From Haliotis cracherodii (Eukaryota): a DNA stretch of 64,000 bases. A model generated the notes under the pieces. The model was given only the letters and a program-made list of their open reading frames with translations. It made no database searches and had not been told where the DNA came from. Of the stretch, positions 1-10,809 are shown in pieces. Position 1 is the first letter of the stretch; every line of letters starts with the position of its first letter. The DNA lies in NCBI RefSeq assembly GCF_022045235.1, contig NW_027266286.1:70680001-70744000 (forward strand). The letters run 5' to 3'. The translations under genes were made by a program, and so were the position numbers.

Positions 1-2
1 AG

Positions 3-51
3 GATCCTAGTTCATGCTGGTTCTGGAGGAATAGGCACATTTTCTATACAG
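3..51 (+). CDS. RTN4IP1: RTN4IP1 internal exon (ILVHAGSGGIGTFSIQ, NAD(P)H-binding glycine motif); gene starts upstream of the window
   Basis: AG at 1-2, GT at 52-53; 49 bp; matches the RVLILGASGGVGTFAIQ segment of RTN4IP1/MDR quinone oxidoreductases. Confidence 0.9.
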
Positions 52-255
52 GTAATTCACCTGTACATAGTCCTGTGAAACAACACATTGAAGCAGATGA
101 ACAGATAGACAAATGATGCAATTAATGACACAGTTGTCATATAGTGATGATATTGTGAGAGTTACACTGATGGAGAGAAACAAGTGAACAGATACGAGGA
201 AGTTTGTCTTTAACATGACCTGCTGCATGTAGCCAATGCCAACAGGGGGTTGACA

Positions 256-878
256 CTACCAGTGCCTATAACGAGTGATGTCCCTTCTATGTCCCTCATG
301 GGGGCATGGGTGGCCCAGTCGTCTAAGGCGCCGCAATTCACTATGCAGAGTTGCGTCCCCTGGACACACCAGAAACCTATGATTGTGGGTTCGAATCCCG
401 ATCCAACCCTGATTATGTTTCTAGGTTTGTCAGTACCATACCCGTGCTCGTGGGTTTCACCGAAGTGGTAAACGTCTGAGACCTGCATCACTTCGGGCTT
501 TCCTCCCACATTAAGCTGACACGCCGCGATATAACTGGAATAATGTTAAAAGCGATGTTAAACCCAACTCACTCACTCACACATTATGTCCCTCATACTG
601 ACCAACCATAGTCCATCTTTCTTCTGAAGCATTAGCTTCAAACAAAATGGCAGCACCCAGTCAAAATGATCTGATCGATAATCAAGATCTATATTGTAAT
701 AAAACGGGTCTTTCTTTGCGAAGTGCATCAAATCACGTGAGCTCTTTGTTTGTAAGCGGTACACATGCAACTCCTGCAGTCGATCGATATCTGCATGTTG
801 AAATCCATTTTGTTTACGAACTGAATGTCTAGTTCATTACACGATTTTGATTGGACTATGCCTAGAATCGTTAGTCCA
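256..878 (+). mobile_element. Family D internal fragment carrying the family C insertion
   Basis: Aligns to about 1975-2338. Confidence 0.75.
300..584 (+). mobile_element. SINE family C, full length (tRNA-derived head, V-domain-like body, shared 3' tail, (TCAC)n)
   Basis: A-box-like TGGCCCAGTCGTCTAAGGCG, B box GGTTCGAATCCC, CGGGCTTTCCTCCCACA; 12-bp TSD tatgtccctcat at 288-299 and 585-596. Confidence 0.85.
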
Positions 879-1211
879 ATATATCGTTTAGTTATCGTGG
901 TATAACATTTATACTAAGTTTGCATATAATAATTAGATCCACAGCAAGTACACAGATATGCACATCAATATATATGAGTGCAAAAATCTCAATGGTTTTA
1001 AACCCCATTTCACCACACCTATTGCTCTTTGTTGTGTTCCCTTATTTCTTTTTTTTGAGTATATCTTTTGAAAACTCACCAAAAACCATATTTATGAACT
1101 TATCATATCATTGATATTTTTGTAAGTGTAATCATAATTATTTTTCCTATAATCATGATAATATGTTGATGTGTCAGTTCATTGTGATGTAAGGTTCATG
1201 TGTACACACAG

Positions 1212-1348
1212 TTACTGAGTTCGTGGGGTGCGGACGTAACGACGACCTGCAGTACGGATGCTGTAGAGTTGGTCACAAGCCTTGGAGCTAACACCGTCAT
1301 TGACTACAAGACACAGGACGTACAAGCCGAGCTGCAGAAACTCGACAA
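1212..1348 (+). CDS. RTN4IP1: RTN4IP1 exon (LLSSWGADVTTTCS...ELQKLD)
   Basis: cag| and |gtacgt boundaries; 137 bp; phase 0 to 2. Confidence 0.92.
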
Positions 1349-1884
1349 GTACGTCTTATCACTAGAGCTCGAGATGAGCTGTGTATTTGCGTAAAATATG
1401 CATTAAATAAACTGAAATACACAGACAAATCGAATCCTAGCGTATCAAATACACAAGAACAACTATAAATACACTATTGAAATAAAATTAATGCGTATAT
1501 TACAACTATAAGATAAAATGATTGTTTATCAGCTGGTTGCGAAATTCACTTACCGACAGTTACATTTGTAAAAAAGCTTGTGCGAAGAGCATACTTGTAG
1601 ATGCCAATTGAGAAGTTGTCATGCCTGGTCAGTGTACATGTTGTATCTTAAAGAGTCGCTGATTGGTGAAAAAAGAAAAAGCTCCTTTTTGTACAATGCT
1701 AAGTTTTGCAAACAAAATGGCTTCCAGGGGAGGGAGGCACAAGCAGACTCAGACGGGTATACTACTATTCATATATTTTCAGTGAATTACAGGGATTGTT
1801 ATGAAAATGGGCTTACAGTTGCTACAAGTTGGTCCACACAGTGGTCAGAAATGGGGCACTGTGTTTAGGCATCTGGATATCTGT

Positions 1885-2429
1885 CATCTTCGCGAGGCAA
1901 GAGAGTTAACTGACTTTAAAAGTCCAGTTTCAACCCTTGCCGAACTAGGCTGGAATTCCTGGTCTTGATCGGAGCGCCACCAGTGGTTATTACAAATTAT
2001 GTCCCTTCTATGCCTCTCTTATGAACCAATCAGATACCACCTCTCGTATCACATGCATTTGTTTCAAACAAAACGGCGGCGCCCAGTCAAGACGATCTGA
2101 TCGATAATCAAGATCTATATTGTGATAAAACGAGTCTTACATCGCGAAATGCATCAAATCACGTGAGCACCTTGATTAAAAATATGAAAAGATTTAGAAA
2201 ATATCTGTTGACAATGAGTTAACGGTGCAAATGCTTTGCAAATCCTGTAATCGATCGAAATCTGCACGACAGTTTACGAACCGGATTTAGATTTCGGTGC
2301 GCGATTTTGATTGGACTATGCATAGACTCGTTAGTCCAGCCAAAATGTAACTCCATAATACCAGCCAAGTTCTGCAAGGGTGGAAACTGGACTTTTATAG
2401 TCAGTTAACTCTCTTGCCTCGGGAAGATG
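1885..2429 (+). mobile_element. Family D MITE, about 67-bp TIRs, 9-bp TSD (Mutator-like)
   Basis: CATCTTCGCGAGGCAAGAGAGTTAACTGAC... and ...GTCAGTTAACTCTCTTGCCTCGGGAAGATG; TSD gatatctgt. Confidence 0.88.
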
Positions 2430-2571
2430 GATATCTGTATGATGGGGTAAAGTACCATGACAAACTGTTCAGGGAAACCTGATGCTCCTAAACTGTTGAA
2501 GTGATTACGTTGAAATTGCAAGTAATTCATCTACACTTTCATTTGACTAATTCTTGGATTAAGAAAGCAAA

Positions 2572-2870
2572 CCTTGAAATTGGGTGTTTGTTCTTACCTT
2601 GAAAAGGGCTTGATTCACCTTGAAAAGTGATGGGTTTACCTTGAAAAATGCTTGAATTACCTTGAAAAATGCTTGATTTACCTTGAAAAGTGCTTGATTC
2701 ATCTTGAAAAGTATTTGATTTACCTTGAAAAATGCTTGATTTACCTTGAAAAGTGCTTGATTCATCTTGAAAAGTATTTGATTAACCTTGAAAAATGCTT
2801 GATTTACCTTGAAAAATGCTTGATTTACCTTGAAAAGTGATTGATTTACTTTAAAAAGTGATTGATTTAC
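2572..2870. repeat. 21-bp minisatellite (CTTGAAAAATGCTTGATTTAC), about 14 units
   Basis: Direct periodicity; explains ORFs 2559-2765 and 2652-2840. Confidence 0.95.
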
Positions 2871-2900
2871 CCAAAAGAACAGTATGAATGTTGGAACAGC

Positions 2901-3090
2901 AGGGTCGAATCCATGTTTGCCTGATTATGTTTCTAGGTTTGTCAGCACCATACCCGTGCTTGATGGTTTACCAAAGTTGTCTGTGACGTCTGAGATTTGC
3001 ATCATTTCCGGCTTTCTTCCCACATTTAGCTGACACGCTAGGATGTAACTGGAATACCGTTGAAAGCGACGTTAAACTCAACTCACTCAT
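2901..3090 (+). mobile_element. SINE family C, 5'-truncated
   Basis: Aligns by eye to about 387-580. Confidence 0.8.
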
Positions 3091-3134
3091 CTTCTCTTCA
3101 ATACAAGAAGTGACTATTTGTGGATGTGTTTCAG

Positions 3135-3318
3135 GTTCGATGTAGTGTTAGACACTCTTGGAGGCGAGACGCCAAACTTTTCCCTGGATCTGTTGAGCAA
3201 ATATAAGAATGCCAAATACATCTCGCTGGTGACGCCATTTCTGAGGAATGCTGACGCCTATGGTTTGGTTAAAGGTTCTGTGAAGACTGCAGTTGATATC
3301 ATCAAGGATGTCACTGGG
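3135..3318 (+). CDS. RTN4IP1: RTN4IP1 exon (FDVVLDTLGGE...DVTG)
   Basis: tttcag| and |gtaagg; 184 bp; FDxxLDxxGG motif. Confidence 0.93.
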
Positions 3319-3769
3319 GTAAGGAAAGTACAGACAGCTGAAGTGTTCTGTGTGTTATAGATCATCTCTGCAAACAGGGCAAAACCTGGCAGACTCACTC
3401 ACTTACTCACTCACTCACTCACTCACTCACTCACTCAAACACTCATTCATTTTGACTATTAATATAAAAAAAATGACAGGTGTATTGCACAAAACAATCT
3501 ATTTATTTTTTCATGACTGCCAAGAAACTTCATTTTGGGCATATTTCTGGACAAACTATTCATATAAATAATCTTCCTACCGACCCCACAGAAATCAAAT
3601 GGATGCTCCCTTAAAAAATAAACAATTCACCAGAAATCATTGGTTCTTGAAAAATGTATTGTCAAATCAGTGTACACAACTTAAGATTCTGTGTTTTGAT
3701 ATGCATGTCATGGTGACATTATGTGTTTTACTGTTAGTAGGAAGTATTTCAATATTATTTCCTTCACAG

Positions 3770-3862
3770 GGTTTCAAAGATGGCCGAAGCTATCGCTGGG
3801 CTGTGTTCGTCCCTAATGGTCGGGCTCTGAGAAAAGTGGCTGAGATGGTGGACAACTCCGAT
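3770..3862 (+). CDS. RTN4IP1: RTN4IP1 exon (GFKDGRSYRWAVFVPNG...VDNSD)
   Basis: cacag| and |gtaggt; 93 bp; YRWA motif. Confidence 0.92.
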
Positions 3863-3885
3863 GTAGGTCGACCCTTGGATCCCAG

Positions 3886-3992
3886 GGCCCCGTTCCACAA
3901 AGTGATTGTAGTTCTAAGACAATCATAATTCCCATACTTCAACATAGACTTATGACAGTCATAACGCTGAGATCACTTTGTGGAATGGGGCC
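3886..3992. mobile_element. Family E short palindromic MITE (Harbinger-like, CWG flanks)
   Basis: GGCCCCGTTCCACAAAGTGAT and ATCACTTTGTGGAATGGGGCC; further copies at 14601-14697, 52362-52474 and about 16347-16470. Confidence 0.75.
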
Positions 3993-4162
3993 CTGGGCAT
4001 ATTCAATGTAGCCTTTGTGTATCAGGTTTAAATCTCAGATTAGCTCTGAGAACAATTCTTTAAATGTCAATATAATGCATGTGTTCGTGAGTTTCATGGG
4101 AGTCACGTGGGCTTTCCTCACTCAAAATGTCAAGAAACTTTATGACTATGATACTGTTTAAA

Positions 4163-4378
4163 GATCTGTGAAGATCTGGGTTAGAATTGGTCTTGAGTAA
4201 CCCATGCATGTCGTAAGAGGTGACTAATGGGATCGGTTGGTCAGACTCACTCACTTGGTTGATGCATGTCATCATATCCCAATGTGTGTAGATCAATGCC
4301 CATGATGTTAATCACTGGATTGTCTGGTCCAGTCATTTTCAGACTGTAAATGTAGTGCAGTGTAAATCAACAAACAAA
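4163..4378 (+). mobile_element. Family B short retroposon (no tRNA head), single-module type
   Basis: GATCTGTGAAGATC...CCCATGCATGTCGTAAGAGGTGACTAATGGGATC...GGATTGTCTGGTCCAG; (AAAC)n tail. Confidence 0.8.
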
Positions 4379-4578
4379 ACTGTTAAAGCGATGTTATGTC
4401 CAACTCAGACCCTGACCTCGAAGTGTATTCCAGCATCTATTCTGGGGATTGGGGGTATAATGGCTGCCGGACAGATTGGGTACTGTACTACAGGGGAGGA
4501 CACTCTCTCGCCACAGAGGCAATCCAATATTCCACATCAATTTGTGTTTCTCATCTCTCTGCTGTAGACATTGTAAAA

Positions 4579-4752
4579 GGGGCGGTCGGGTAACCTTGTG
4601 GTTAAAGCGTTCGCTCATCATGGCGAAGATCTGGGTTCGATTCCTGACATGGGTACAATGTGTGAAGCCCATTTCTGGGGTCTCCTGCCGTGATATTGCT
4701 GGAATATTGCTGAAAGCGATGTAAAACCATACTCACTCACTCACTCACTCAC
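4579..4752 (+). mobile_element. SINE family A (about 170 bp, tRNA-derived)
   Basis: A box (GTGGTTAAAGC), B box GGTTCGATTCC, (TCAC)n tail; TSD tagacattgt. Confidence 0.9.
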
Positions 4753-5076
4753 TAGACATTGTGATTAGTGCCTTGTGTCAAACACATTGTCTATGTAAGC
4801 AACTGTTAGATCAATACTGTAAATCGTGAAATGAATGTGTCACTTTATTAGTATAAGTTTGACCCATGACCTAAAATGCGAGAAGGTTGAGCAGTATTTT
4901 GCTTGTAAGATTATTTGACAAGGTTTCCAGGAACAAGACGCTGTCATACACGGATGGCGACTTTCATAACTGCTTGACCAACTTGTGTAAACAAACTGAT
5001 CACATTTGATATAGAGGTTGGCGAGAAGCACTGTCTAAATCTAGAGTTCAATTACATTGTTTATTAGAGCTTTGTT

Positions 5077-5432
5077 AGACTAAAAAAATAGTTGTCTTGG
5101 TCCTCAGGCACCACTTGTATCATCATAAAGTCTGCTGCACGTTTAGTTTTTATTTCCATTTTAAAAAAAAAAAAAATTAAATAAAAAAATCCTAATACCG
5201 GTACTAAAAACAAATGTGATCCAATATAGCTCGCAGTTACTTCCCTTTACATGCTTTACTCGCATCTCGTGTATAGGAGTTTGTGTGCTAATTTGTAGGG
5301 AGGCCCTTTCCCAGGTTGATGGTACTCAACTGTTTATAGGGTTACAGAAAAAAAACAAACACACTGTCCGCCCTCACTACATTTTCAAAAGTCATTGCCT
5401 GAGAAACCAATTCTTTTATTTTTTTTAAGCCT
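5077..5432 (+). mobile_element. Non-autonomous DNA element, tentatively Kolobok-like; second copy at 11855-12173
   Basis: Two homologous copies with (A)GGCTAAAAA...TTTTTAGCCT-type ends. Confidence 0.55.
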
Positions 5433-5557
5433 TACGTATGTCCTTGTTTCTGCCTATTTGCAGTAAACCTAAACGACAATGCACTACTGCAGTATCTTCA
5501 GATATGAATGTGACACTTTTTCAATCTGAGCAAGGTGCACTTGCACTTTTTGCATTA

Positions 5558-5901
5558 CCGTATTCGACATAATAAGCGCCCGGGGCGCTCTCAAAATTAG
5601 AAATAGGGGGCTCTTATTAGAATATTATTTTGGTGAAAAAAATCATAGTTGAGAGATAAATTTCGTTGTTTATGCTGACAGCCTGACATGTTTATGTACG
5701 ACAGATATTTTTTTCCAGATTTTAATTGACCATAAATAACGGTGCATATAACAAACGAGTGTGTATTATACCGAATAAATAAGTCTTGTGTACATTGATC
5801 AGTCGGAAGGGATGCAAATTGGGCTTGTTCACTAGCCAATATATCAGCAAATATCGCCGTGGGCGCTTATTAGAGCGGGGCGCTTATTACGTCGAATACG
5901 G
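5558..5901. mobile_element. Tc1/mariner-pogo-type MITE (TA TSD)
   Basis: TA|CCGTATTCGACATAATAAGCGCC ... GGCGCTTATTACGTCGAATACGG|TA. Confidence 0.85.
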
Positions 5902-6167
5902 TAATTTCATGATTTACAGTATTTAAAAGAGGTTGATCAAGGGTTTTGAGGTAGGGTGCACACAGAGTGATCAAGAGTGGGTGGATGTTCAGGTGAGGAT
6001 CCTCTCAAGCGAGTATAGCCACCTTTAGGGTTTATTATTAATCTTCTCTCTATATTCCGATAATTTGAAAAACAGCTGTCATCTATGAAAAATATTTAAA
6101 TGCAGGCTGTTAAGATGGCTGATACTAATGGCTATGTAGTTATACATTACTGAAATGTTTTTTGCAG

Positions 6168-6275
6168 ATCAAGCCTGTGGTAGAAAAAGTGTTTGAGTTT
6201 GAGGAGGTCCCGAAGGCTTTTGAAAAGATAGCCACTGGTCACTCCAGAGGCAAGACTGTCATCAAGGTTGTGTAA
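6168..6275 (+). CDS. RTN4IP1: RTN4IP1 last coding exon (IKPVVEKVFEFEEVPKAFEKIATGHSRGKTVIKVV*)
   Basis: ttgcag| acceptor; TAA at 6273-6275; GHxRGKTVI C-terminal motif. Confidence 0.93.
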   Translation: MKPVVEKVFEFEEVPKAFEKIATGHSRGKTVIKVV

Positions 6276-6572
6276 AGACGACCATTGAGAGTGATCTCCC
6301 TTGAATTCAGAGGCATTGTGATCAAGATCAAAGGACTAATTATTGCTTTTCTGCTTGTGAGGTTCATATACATTATTGTGTCTATTTAAGGATAAAATGA
6401 TAACTTTTATATGAAGATATGAATTTACGAAAGACTTATTATCACTAGACAAAATGCGTCTTATAGTAGTGAGTGAGTTTAATGCTGTATTAAAATAACA
6501 GTATTTCAGTTATATCACAGATAAAGAGTGTGGATGTTTCATAATTTGATGAAACCCATAAGCATTGACTGC

Positions 6573-7235
6573 TGGACACCCAGCCTCAAACACTGATGGC
6601 ACCCAGCCTCAAACGCTGATGGACACCCAGCCTCAAACACTGATGGACACCCAGCCTCAAACACTGATGGACACCCAGCCTCAAACACTGATGGACACCC
6701 AGCCTCAAACACTGATGGCACCCAGCCTCAAACGCTGATGGACACCCAGCCTCAAACACTGATGGACACCCAGCCTCAAACACTGATGGACACCCAGCCT
6801 CAAACAATGATGACACCCAGCCTCAAACACTGATGACACCCAGCCTCAAACACTGATGGACACCCAGCCTCAAACACTGATGGACACCCAGCCTCAAACA
6901 CTGATGGACACCCAGCCTCAAACACTGATGGACACCCAGCCTCAAACACTGATGGATACTCAGCCTCAAACACTGATGGACACCCAGCCTCAAACACTGA
7001 TGGACACCCAGCCTCAAACACTGATGGACACCCAGCCTCAAACACTGATGACACCCAGCCTCAAACAATGATGGACACCCAGCCTCAAACACTGATGGAC
7101 ACCCAGCCTCAAACACTGATGGACACCCAGCCTCAAACACTGATGGATACTCAGCCTCAAACACTGATGGACACCCAGCCTCAAACACTGATGACACCCA
7201 GCCTCAAACACTGATGGATACTCAGCCTCAAACAC
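6573..7235. repeat. 24-bp minisatellite (TGGACACCCAGCCTCAAACACTGA), about 28 units
   Basis: Near-perfect tandem array with 23-bp variants; explains the cluster of repetitive ORFs. Confidence 0.97.
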
Positions 7236-7719
7236 CAAGATCAAATGTGGTTCTGTCTGAGGCTGACTTACCACTGTGTTTAATGCCCAGGATGTTTGAT
7301 AAGGGTTATTTTCATGTTCAACTTGTACAATAATCTTGGGTGGTTATCTGTTGCCAATGACTGAGAGTATTTCTCTGTGGATGTAAGATATCCTCACAGA
7401 TTGCTCAGCAGTCAATGTTGTTTGGTTGTTTGTTTGCACATGCATAACTAGCTCAAAAAGACATTTAAATGTTGAGTAGGGCCTGTGCATCCCATGACAC
7501 AAAATCAACCACAACTATATGCAATTTACATCATTTTCATTTTGTAATATATGAAAGATCAATGAATTCACTCATATCATGAAATATATTTATTTGATCA
7601 AACTTTGTTTCGTTGATGTGTTTTTGTAACCATGTAAAAAAACACAAAGTGTTTGAGATATAATCTTGCTGATTTTTATTTCTTCTTTGAGAGGCATTTA
7701 GAAGTTAGAGTACTAAGTA

Positions 7720-7860
7720 AGGATAAGATTGATGGATGAACAACTTCTTTATTACAATTAGGAGCAACGTTTCGGTGTAGGTTCTAACACCGTTATCAAG
7801 CAAGTGATATACAGTATGGTTGACAAGTATATATATACAGGTAGGAGGCAGTGTTTATAC
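7720..7860 (-). mobile_element. Penelope-like element terminal repeat fragment
   Basis: Minus strand has a minimal hammerhead followed 12 nt later by AATAAA, the arrangement typical of PLE pseudo-LTRs; boundaries approximate. Confidence 0.65.
7763..7803 (-). ncRNA. Minimal type I hammerhead ribozyme motif (U3-A8 variant)
   Basis: gc-TTGATAA-cggtgt(tagaacct)acaccg-GAAA-like core, read as ...acaccGAAACGTT-gc; perfect stem II, loopless palindromic stem III, stem I only 2 bp. Confidence 0.6.
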
Positions 7861-8025
7861 AGAAGAGTAGATACCAGACGTAGTTACACTGAAGTGGAGA
7901 AGTCTGTTATGTACTCAAAATGGTAGTAAACATATTGACCGGCGAGGTCAGTAATATAAAATTAACAAAAGGGTGAAGCCAGTAGTATAAAAAAAAGATT
8001 ATGGCTGATTGGGGTCTTTGATGGC

Positions 8026-8100
8026 ACCCATATGGGGAATCGAACCCGGGTCTTTGGTGTGACGAGCAAACGCTTTAACCACTAGGCTACACTGCCGCCC
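8026..8100 (-). mobile_element. SINE family A, head only
   Basis: Reverse complement of the tRNA-like head. Confidence 0.8.
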
Positions 8101-8260
8101 TCAAACAAGAAGCTTAGCGTACTTGAGATCCAGAAAATCCAAACTCACAATTGGAATCCCAAGAGGATCGATCTACCTTGTGTGTGTTCAAAGAAGCATC
8201 AAGTAAAGTAATCAGTGGCACTGTGCCTCACTCTAAACCAACACATGAATGATATCCTGG

Positions 8261-8431
8261 TGGGTGGTCGGGTCTCCTAGTGGTTAAAGCGTTTGCTCTT
8301 CACCCGGAAGACCCAGGTTCGATTCCCGACATGGGTACAATGTATGAAGCCCATTTCTGGTGTTCCCGTTGTGATGTTGCTGGAATATTGCTAAAAGCGG
8401 CGTGAAACCATACTCACTCTCTCACTCACTC
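8261..8431 (+). mobile_element. SINE family A
   Basis: Full length; TSD atatcctgg. Confidence 0.9.
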
Positions 8432-8441
8432 ATATCCTGGC

Positions 8442-8738
8442 ATTTATTTAGGTTTATTGTCTCGTTCAAGATTATTGCACTTAAATAGCAGCATGCATGC
8501 GTGTACTTGTCCGGACTAATGCTGGTTTTATAATGCTAGCCCACTGAGATACCACCCTGCTGTTTTAACATGGATTCACGTTTCAGACACCATATATCAG
8601 CACCAAGCAAACCGGTCCTGGTTTTATCCCCTAATGCTGAATGCCAGGCAAGGTGTCAACAAGTACCATCTTTTGGTATGAATCAAACCTCCAACCTTCC
8701 ACTCTCTGGGCATACACTCGAACCAGCACACCATGGAA
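8442..8738 (-). mobile_element. Decayed SINE with a Meta-domain-like body
   Basis: Minus strand shows a degenerate tRNA head followed by cataccaaaagatggtacttg...gcctggcattcagcattagggga, resembling MetaSINE cores. Confidence 0.5.
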
Positions 8739-10337
8739 GCAGACATATCATGGCTTTGCAGAGCTTAACACGTCGGGTGCAGGGAAACCCGTACTGAATT
8801 CCACAATTGTATTCTGCTCAAGTGATCATGATTTTGGGGGTGTTCCTGAAATATTTGTTCAAAATGTTCATCAACAATCATATTAAACTCAAATCCTAGG
8901 GCTCGCTTCTGCAACACAGAGAAACAAAAAGCGAGCACCAAGATCTGATTTTAATGAAATCGGTGTATCAGTATCTTGAATGTAGGGTCTCCTTCTCGGG
9001 TGACTTCTGAAAAGGCTGTTTCATTCTTCTTGAAACAATCTGACAAATATTCACAAATGACAGCTGACAATTCATGTATGTTATCTCTCGTTTATTGTAC
9101 AAAACTTCTACACTGTACACAACCAGACAATAATGATTATGGTCTACATACATTCAAACATGTTGATGGTTGCTATGGCAGTGGTAATATGGTCAATGGG
9201 AATATATGACAATGAAGTTTCTGGGAAATATTAACACCATTTTTCTCTCTCAAATGAGCCAAATTAAGCCAATTTATTCAATTTAGAAAAAATTTGACCA
9301 GCAAATTCTTTGCCATTAAAAACAATCTGTACAAGTTAACAATAAATAAGGGAATTGATAACATTTGATTCATCTCAATTAATTCTTTCTTTTTTTTTGC
9401 TTTATGGGAAGATTTACAAAATATCAATGGACATTTGAAATGAAATTTAAAAAATCATAAAATCATTTTTTACATAAAATAAATCACTATATAGTTTACA
9501 AATTACACTAAATTCTGTTAGAATAACAACAGCAACTGACAAATTAACAAATACTATCATGAAGACAAACTGTTGGGTAACGTAACCACATACAAATATG
9601 TCAAACCTATACAAAATATTGTGGTTCTATTGCTGTACCAAGGTACTTAACATAAACTTATTGATGAAGGCAATGTACCACCTGGCGTAGACATCTCGAA
9701 AGTGGTAATGTGTACAATACAAGACATACATCAAATAATTCATTCATTTAATATATTGTACAAATTTCTTAAATAAAATAAATTTATTTGCTTGCATGTC
9801 GGAACAGATTTGGTTAAAATTCCTTGCAGTATACTGTATAGGAAAATTGATAAGGACTGTCAAAGCTAATTATATATCATTAACTCTATGGATTAATCGG
9901 CAAAATCTGAAAGAGAACTATATTTTCTTTTGTAGAATATTTTTTTCACAGAAAGGTCTTTTGATTATTGATTGCAAAATCACTGGTGTAATAATATGGG
10001 GTACTGTTAATAGAGTCACCGGTCAAGAACAGGAGCAAAGGTCAAAGGTTTTAGGTCAAGAAACACAAGATGAGTAGCAAATATATTTAACCATGTCTAA
10101 TAACCTTGAATCACAAAATTTCAGTTACTGATGTTTTGACTGGGTTCTCTCCTGCTTGCTCCAAGCTTCATCTGAAGTAAACCAGTGACCAAGTTGCAGT
10201 CTGTACAGTGCCTACAGGGCAGCTACTCCAAAACGGGATCTCACATTATAAACAGTTAAAGTGCTTATTACATACAAGAAAACACAGACGTTATAACAGC
10301 TACTTTACTTTTAGTTTGCTGGATTTCCCCTTGTTTA

Positions 10338-10809
10338 GGGACCAGTTCAAAAGTTTGATGCCGATAAAGATCTTAATTCCTAAGGGGTGGGGGTGGGTTT
10401 GTGTTACCGGCCCTGTTACCTTACCTGATTTCTCAAGAGTAACTGAACTGAACCGATCTTTAGCCTTAATATGCTGTCAGGAGAAGTCACTGAAGACATC
10501 CAGTCTTTCCACAAGGTTGGGTTTTATCATTACCGGCAATAGTCCGTCTAGTGCAGAGCGTAATATATGATGACAGATTTGATCTATAAAAACCCTACCA
10601 ATGATTGTTGTCAACACCTAGTAAATAAAATTCATCCAATAAACGTTCCGGGGAAAAAGCACAGGGCAAAACATGAGAATGCATGACAAAAGAGGCCTCT
10701 AGATTCGGAAATTCAACATTTTCAGAATTAAGTTATTTTTGAGGGGTAGGGGGTATGTCTCACAACTTAAGAACTGTTTTATCCGACATCGAACTTTTGA
10801 ACTGGTCCA
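10338..10809. mobile_element. PIF/Harbinger-like MITE (TTA TSD)
   Basis: TTA|GGGACCAGTTCAAAAGTTTGATG ... CATCGAACTTTTGAACTGGTCCA|TTA. Confidence 0.75.

Noticed and set aside
2559-2840. Heptad-like ORFs (YLEKCLI)n
   Set aside because: Product of the 21-bp intronic minisatellite; no splice support
4579-4650. Family A heads as genuine tRNA genes
   Set aside because: Each continues into a common SINE body and tail with TSDs, and the acceptor stem does not close
6539-7274. Cluster of repetitive ORFs (PSVFEAGC, MDTQPQTL)
   Set aside because: Translations of the 24-bp minisatellite; frames shift at the 23-bp units
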